DNA of 64,000 nt, taken from assembly GCF_009914755.1 (NCBI RefSeq), contig NC_060931.1. The stretch is one strand, 5' to 3'. The notes beneath the pieces were generated by a model. The model made no database searches. It was not told where the DNA came from and worked only from the letters and a program-made list of their open reading frames with translations. This DNA comes from the human T2T-CHM13v2.0 reference genome, Homo sapiens. How positions within the stretch are numbered: position 1 is the first letter of the stretch; each line of letters opens with the position of its first letter. A program made the translations under genes and the position numbers. Positions 57,173 to 64,000 of the stretch are shown here, piece after piece.

Positions 57173-60005
57173 TATAATCTTTAGATCACCTGTTCAGCAA
57201 ATCGACAAACACCGAGGACAGTTTCTGTCTGCAACGAAGTTGACAGTCAGGTAGCCAGGGATAGCTAATCAGTGAATAACAATACCTGGTACTGGTAGGA
57301 AAGAGCACCAACCACAACCACAGAAGCCTTCTTGGAGGAGCTGATCTCTGAACTGAGTTTTGAAGGATGAGTAACTAGGTAGCAATGCAGAGAAAGAGAA
57401 AATATGAGCAGGGATATAAAAGCAGTACATTATCATGCATAGCAATATACTAAGCTGCAATATCATACTAAACTACAAGCAGTTTAGTGCTTTCTAGTTG
57501 GGGGGTAATGTTCAATATAGGGGATCTGTAATGAGGTAAGTTGGAGAGGAAAACAGAAGCCAGGTTCTGCAACAACTTAGCTTTGTAGCCTCGAGTCTAT
57601 CTTGCTTAAAAAGTGAATAGTTTCCAATCCCTTTGGCTTATAGCGTATGAAAAATTTTCTGATATGTGTTATATCAGAAAATTCAAAACCATGTAAAAGA
57701 GGTTAGCTTTTACTTATTTATAACTGCCCTCTTTGTGGGGCAAAGAAACTTGAGGTCCCAGTAAGCAGATTCATGGGACTATTTAGAATACAATCACTAC
57801 TTTTATAAGCCTTAAGAAGTCATTGACCTTGAAAATTACAACATTTTCAGACTGTTAGGTTATAGACTTTTATGCCTGTAAGTCTGCCCATGACTGGTCT
57901 TTCCCAGGGTAAATGCAGATATTCCTAGTTAGTGGCAGTTTTATGTCTGATGTACTTATCACCCAGTTGCATAGACTTATGTTATTTATACCAGTTGAGC
58001 AGTTTTTGCTCTTCAAGCAGGTGTGATAATTGTTAAATATCTTGTATCTAAATTTCACATACATTTAATAAGGCTCTCAAGTGAAATGGTTTTCTCAGTG
58101 TTAAGTAAGGTTTTCATAGCATTAACTACCTAAATTTAGGTTGTTAAGTAGTGCTAGTAGTACAGTTGGAGAGATTCCATCTTAATCTAAACATATTTGT
58201 CTTGGTTAAAGTATACCAGAATGTAGCTTTTTTTCTCATTGGTGAGGTGCACTTTATAATGAACTCATTATCTTTTTGGTCCAAATCTGTTTCTCTATGT
58301 TTTCGTAAGTGATACTATCATCTGCTAAGTCATGAACCAGAGGAATTTAGGAATAGTTTTTCTATGTCTTACATCCATTGAGTCACAACTCATATCAGTT
58401 CTTCCTTCTTGACATCCCCTAAATCCATCCCTTCTCCATTTCCACTGGTCCTGCAGTAATAGACATCTCACCATTTTTCAAGTGGATTACTATGCTATAG
58501 GACTCTGTGTCTGTGGACTTAAAATGGAAAGCTTCACCTATTCTTAGGTGACATTGAAAATTTATTTCAAGTAATGATATTTAATTTTGGGGGGCACAAA
58601 TTTGCATAGTACTCCCTCTGTGCTGCTGTGTTGGTTGAGCGTGCAGCTGAGGGCATTGGAGGAGGGCACTGGGAATTATGGATGAAGCAACTTACTGTGA
58701 AGTCATGAAAACTTTTATTCTAGTAGAAAAAAGCCAACAGCTAATGCTGGTGGTAAAAGTAGAGAGAGATTTAGGAGGTCTTAAGCGTTTATAGTTCTTA
58801 TTTATAAAATTGTTGTTGGGATTTAAAAAATGGATGTTAGATATGACATTGACTCAGATCTGTGTAACAAAAGAAAAAGTGGTTTTGAAACTACTTTAGT
58901 CAAAATAGTACAGCAGTTGTTTTTGTGGAATCATAGGAAAGGTGTTAACTTGAGTAAGGACATTCCCCAGGAACATGTAATTTTCTATGAAAAATTTGGT
59001 TAGAGAAAAGATCTGAGCCTGTATAAGCATTTCCGCATTTATTAACTTAGGAATTAGAGAAGATCTCAGATAAATTTCTTAACGTCTAGGCCCTGCTCCA
59101 ACAGCCTCTGAAACTAATCTTTTTGCTTTCATTTTGATTCCTTATGGTCCATTAGTCATACTGTTGCAAGATGGGCTTTATGAAATATAAATCTATGTTC
59201 TCCCTTACTTAAAATGAGTAAGTTGCCTAATCTCAGCCTCGTTTGTCATCTAGAAAATGGGGATAAGAGGTATATGGGATTATTGGGAAGAATAAATTGG
59301 AAAAATATAAGTAAAATATTTTATACATTGTTAAGCTCATTAGATGTTTAACAGGGATTATGTAATAATTATTTATAAGGCAAACCCCTTACTATGGCAA
59401 ATAAGGCTCTTTATTATCCTATCTCTACTGCCTCATTTTCAGGAGCCCTATCTTACGTTCCATTCGTAAAACCACTTAATATTTCCCACTTGGCATTTGC
59501 ACTGTGATTTTCATTTCTCCAAGTATACCTCTCCCTGCCTGTACCTTAATACTGCTTGTTCTCTCCATTCCCGTGTCATCATTCATAGATGTGTATTACA
59601 GCATTGCATACCTTGTCAGTTTCCCTTACTAGTCTGTGAGATTGTTGAGTGTACAGCTGTTGTCTTTTTATTTTTGTATTCTTGTTCCTGGTAACTGTAG
59701 ACATATAATTGAATGGTTGCTAAATATTTGTTTAATTGAATGCATGAATGAATGAACAGATGAATGGAAAGAAGAATGAAAAGGAGTGGAGAGTAGTCGT
59801 TAAGGGAAAGGATTTTGGAGGCTGGATTTATCTCCTAGCTCTGGAATTTATTCTTTGTGACCGTCAATATGTTATTTAATCTTTTTGTGTCTTTTCTCCA
59901 TATATAAAATGGGACTAATATAGTATTTACTTCTCAGGGTTATAGTGAGGATTTAAATGAGTTAATATACGTCTAAAGCCCTTAGAATAGTACATGACAC
60001 ATAGT

Positions 60006-60345
<340 letters not shown>

Positions 60346-60520
60346 TTAGGTGTTAGCTGCTGCTAATATTTTTATTTTCCTGCTGATTCAGAACCCATAG
60401 CATCTTTACTGTCATGAATAATATTATCTTTATGCACTTAAATTGGCTATAGACTGAATTTTAAGATAATGTTCAAATCATAAAAGTTGTTTTATATGCT
60501 CTGGATTTTTCTTTTTATAG

Positions 60521-60592
60521 GGCTCTATGGAGCAAGTCAGTTCTCATTTCTTGGAGCAGACCCTTGACAAGAAGCTGATGTCAGATCTGAGG
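60521..60592 (+). pseudogene. INTS4: INTS4-derived exon B (GSMEQVSSHFLEQTLDKKLMSDLR)
   Basis: Acceptor tttttatag| and donor |gtacc; 72 nt, phase 0-0; continues exon A in frame. Confidence 0.92.
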
Positions 60593-60840
60593 GTACCTTT
60601 TATTCTTCGTTGTTTAAACTGGGTTTCTGTAACCAATGTAGGGGGGCAGTATTGTGAGTTGTGTTGATTTAACTTAGCAGCATTTGTTAAATTAACGTAT
60701 GAGAACTGTATTACATTTTAATTTAAAATCTTAGTAAATTGAAGCAAATAACAAGTGACTTCATTAAATTTCGTATTATTGTAATGAAATACTTTGCACA
60801 GGTTATGCTTTACAAAAAAGAGGCAAGATTAATTTTCTAA

Positions 60841-61150
60841 GCCAGGTGCAGTGGCTCACACCTGTAATCCCAGCACTTTGGGAGGCTGAGGCAGGTAGAT
60901 CACTTGCGGCCGGGAGTTTGAGACCAGTCCGGCCAACATGATGAACTCCGTCTCAACTAAAAAACAAAAATTAGCTAGGTGTGGTGGCATGTGCCTGTAG
61001 TCCCAGCTACTTGGGTGACTGAGGCAGAGAATCACTTGAACCCTGGAGACCAGAGGTTGCAGTGAGCCGAGATCGCACCACTGCACTCCAGCCTAGGCAA
61101 CAGAGTGGGACTCTGTCTCAAAAAACAAAACCCAAAAAACAACAACAAAA
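60841..61150 (+). mobile_element. AluS element
   Basis: Dimer; TSD aagattaattttcta. Confidence 0.94.
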
Positions 61151-61324
61151 AACCCCCAGAAAACCCCAAAAGATTAATTTTCTATTTGTTAGGAACTACA
61201 AAGGCCCATTCTCATTTTGTGAGATGGTATGACATTTTAGGACTCCTTTTCAGCAGCAGTTACCATGGAAGACTGAGTAAAGCCTTTCTCCAAACAGTAA
61301 CAAAATACCCCCCACCCCACGCCA

Positions 61325-61628
61325 TTTTTTCTTCTTTTTTTTTTGAAACTGGGTCTCACTCTGTTGCCCAGGCTGGAACGCAGTGGCACAATCATTACTC
61401 AATGCAACTTTGATCTCCTGGGCTCAAGCATTCCTCCCACCTCACCCTCCTGAGTAGCTGGGACTACAAGCATACCTCACCATGCCCAGCTAATTTTTTT
61501 TATCTTTAGTAGAGATGAGGTCTTGCTCTGTTCCTCATGTTGGTCTTGAACTCCTGAGCCCAGGCAGTCTTCTTGCCTCTGCCTCCCAAAGTGCTGGGAT
61601 TACAGATGTGAGCCATTGTGCCCGGCCC
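61325..61628 (-). mobile_element. AluJ element
   Basis: Antisense diverged dimer. Confidence 0.93.
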
Positions 61629-61887
61629 CAAATGCCTCTTATGAAATGCCCTTAAGCTTTGATTGTGATGGTTCACTAACGTGGTTTGCAGAACCAAATT
61701 TGAGTCTGAGAAAATAATATGTACATTCATTGTTAGTACCTCAATTTTGAAATTATAAAAGTGATATTATAGAGTTGTAGAATTTTTGATAAGGGAAAGG
61801 AAAACAATTTACCCATATGCCTGCTACCCTAATATAATGACTTTGGTCATTTTGGTATATGTCTCTCAGCTCTTTTTCTGGTGCGTG

Positions 61888-62117
61888 GTTTTTTTGTTTG
61901 TTTGTTTGTTTTGTTTTGTTTTGTTTTGTTTTGTTTGAGACAGGGTCTCGCTCTGTCGCCCAGGCTGGAGTGCAGTGGTGCGATCTTGGTTCACTGCAAC
62001 CTCTGCCTCCTGGGCTCAAGTGATCCTCTCACGTCGGCCTCCTGAGTAGCTGGGACTACAGGTGTGTACCACCACACCCGGCTAATTTTTTGTAGTTTTT
62101 TAGAGATGGGGTTTCAT
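61888..62117 (-). mobile_element. Alu truncated within its left arm
   Basis: (TTTTG)n tail, right arm and linker, ending abruptly at ggggtttca. Confidence 0.9.
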
Positions 62118-62327
62118 GAGAGGCTGATGTATAAAGCAGAGTGCCAGGTCATTCATTTGTGATGAGAACCATAACTGTCAAGTGGACTGGATACACTAAC
62201 CGGTATATTCCACCTTAGGCAATCTCTGTGTAAAGTGAGTTTACTAGATTATTTAGTGACTGTACTGTAGCTGAAATAGAACGCAATGTTGCCAAATAGA
62301 AAAATACTTTTACTGGGACTGAAGATA

Positions 62328-62588
62328 ATTTTTTTTTTTGAGGCAGAGTCTCACTCTGTCGCCAGGCTGGAGTGCAGTGGCATGATCTCGGCTCACTGCA
62401 ACCTCCACCTCCTGAGTAGCTGGGACTACAGGCACGTGCCACCACGCCCAGCTAATTTTTGTACTTAGAGTAAAGATGGAGTTTCAACATGTTGGCCAGG
62501 ATGGTCTCAATCTCCTGACCTCATGATCAGCCTGCCTTGGCCTCCCAAAGTGCTGGGATTACAGGTGTGAGCCACCTGCTCCCTGCCC
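62328..62588 (-). mobile_element. AluS with a ~32-bp internal deletion
   Basis: acctccacctcctgagtagc joins two cctcc motifs; short TSD gataatt. Confidence 0.92.
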
Positions 62589-62958
62589 GATAATTGTTTT
62601 CTTAGAGTCAATGTATTGTCTACCCAAGATGGTTTTTTGGAGGGGCACTGCCATTATTTGCCTCTCTGGCTCTCTCTTTTCCTATGTTGCTGCCACAGCA
62701 AACATAACCAACTTTCTTAACACATTCTTCAGCTATCTTTATCCTCTTTAATTAGGTACTTTCAGCTATTATAGACCAGCAAGGCTTTGGTTTCATTTTA
62801 AGTTGAATTTGCATTTCTCTTGTATGAACTACTGATAATTTTTACAAACGTAACTCTCAAAGAGCAGTTTTATTTTCTGCCTTCCCATGTTCTCAGGGTT
62901 CATCTTAGTGTTCCTTCATGAACCTCCTACAATTGGTAATTGTTGTTGTCCTCTGCAG

Positions 62959-63133
62959 AGGAAACGTACTGCACATGAGCGTGCCAAGGAACTTTACAGT
63001 TCAGGGGAGTTTTCCAGTGGCAGAAAGTGGGAAGATGATGCTCCCAAGGAAGAAGTAGATACCGGGGCTGTGAACTTGATTGAGTCAGGAGCTTGTGGAG
63101 CTTTTGTTCATGGGTTGGAAGATGAGATGTATG
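62959..63133 (+). pseudogene. INTS4: INTS4-derived exon C (RKRTAHERAKELYSSGEFSSGRKWEDDAPKEEVDTGAVNLIESGACGAFVHGLEDEMY)
   Basis: Acceptor ctctgcag| and donor |gtaagt; 175 nt, phase 0 in; continues exon B in frame. Confidence 0.93.
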
Positions 63134-63622
63134 GTAAGTATGACTGTATAATAGCAATAGCACTCTTTAAGTGACTGCTGTGTGTCAGGCATTGTACTGG
63201 GTGATACACATGTATCGTTTCATTTAGTCCTCACAGTAACTCTGGGAAGTACTTACTATGCTTTTTATTTTACACACAGAAGAGACTGAGGCCCCAGTAG
63301 TATGAGACAATGGTAAAGAGCAAGAGATTTGGGTTCAGTCAATCTATATTTAAATTCCAGCATTTTTATAAAACAGGGATGATAATAACTATCTTTCTGA
63401 GTTGTGAGAATTAAATGAGGTTCTGTATACATAAAGCACTTGGCATAATACATGTGCCTATTTATAATAAGCACTTAATAATTGGTAATTAAAATTGATA
63501 TTAATAAAAATAATAACTTGATATTACTTACCCAGCTAGTAAGAGACAGAGCAAGATTTAAACCTAGGTATGTCTGACTGCCAAACCTTTATATGACTGA
63601 TGAATATTTTATTTCACCTTCA

Positions 63623-63960
<338 letters not shown>

Positions 63961-64000
63961 GAAAGATATTTTTGTGGGAATCCAATTCTAGATTAATAAG

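Overview
This is primate (human-like) genomic DNA with no intact protein-coding gene. It is a mosaic of unprocessed gene fragments, all on the + strand, as expected for a pericentromeric segmental-duplication block. From left to right: (1) about 1-33.4 kb is an AT-rich, Alu-poor copy of part of GRM8 with three consecutive exons, the first lacking its splice acceptor; (2) 33.44-33.76 kb is a GC-rich (CCGCCGCGGCTTTTTG)n junction repeat; (3) a CpG island carries a copy of KSR1 exon 1 with an intact donor; (4) 36.95-39.53 kb is a (GAAAT/GAT)n satellite with an internal ~615-bp duplication; (5) from about 42.25 kb to the end is an Alu-dense copy of part of INTS4 with three intact consecutive exons. 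The combination suggests an INTS4 pseudogene locus (INTS4P1/P2-type, 7q11); this is inference and not verified. The best candidate for an undescribed system is a chimeric transcription unit in which the captured KSR1 promoter and first exon splice to the INTS4 exons. Including the first INTS4 exon gives a uORF followed by an N-truncated INTS4 frame, while skipping it gives an in-frame KSR1-INTS4 fusion. Parent protein sequences and repeat subfamilies are recalled from memory rather than aligned.
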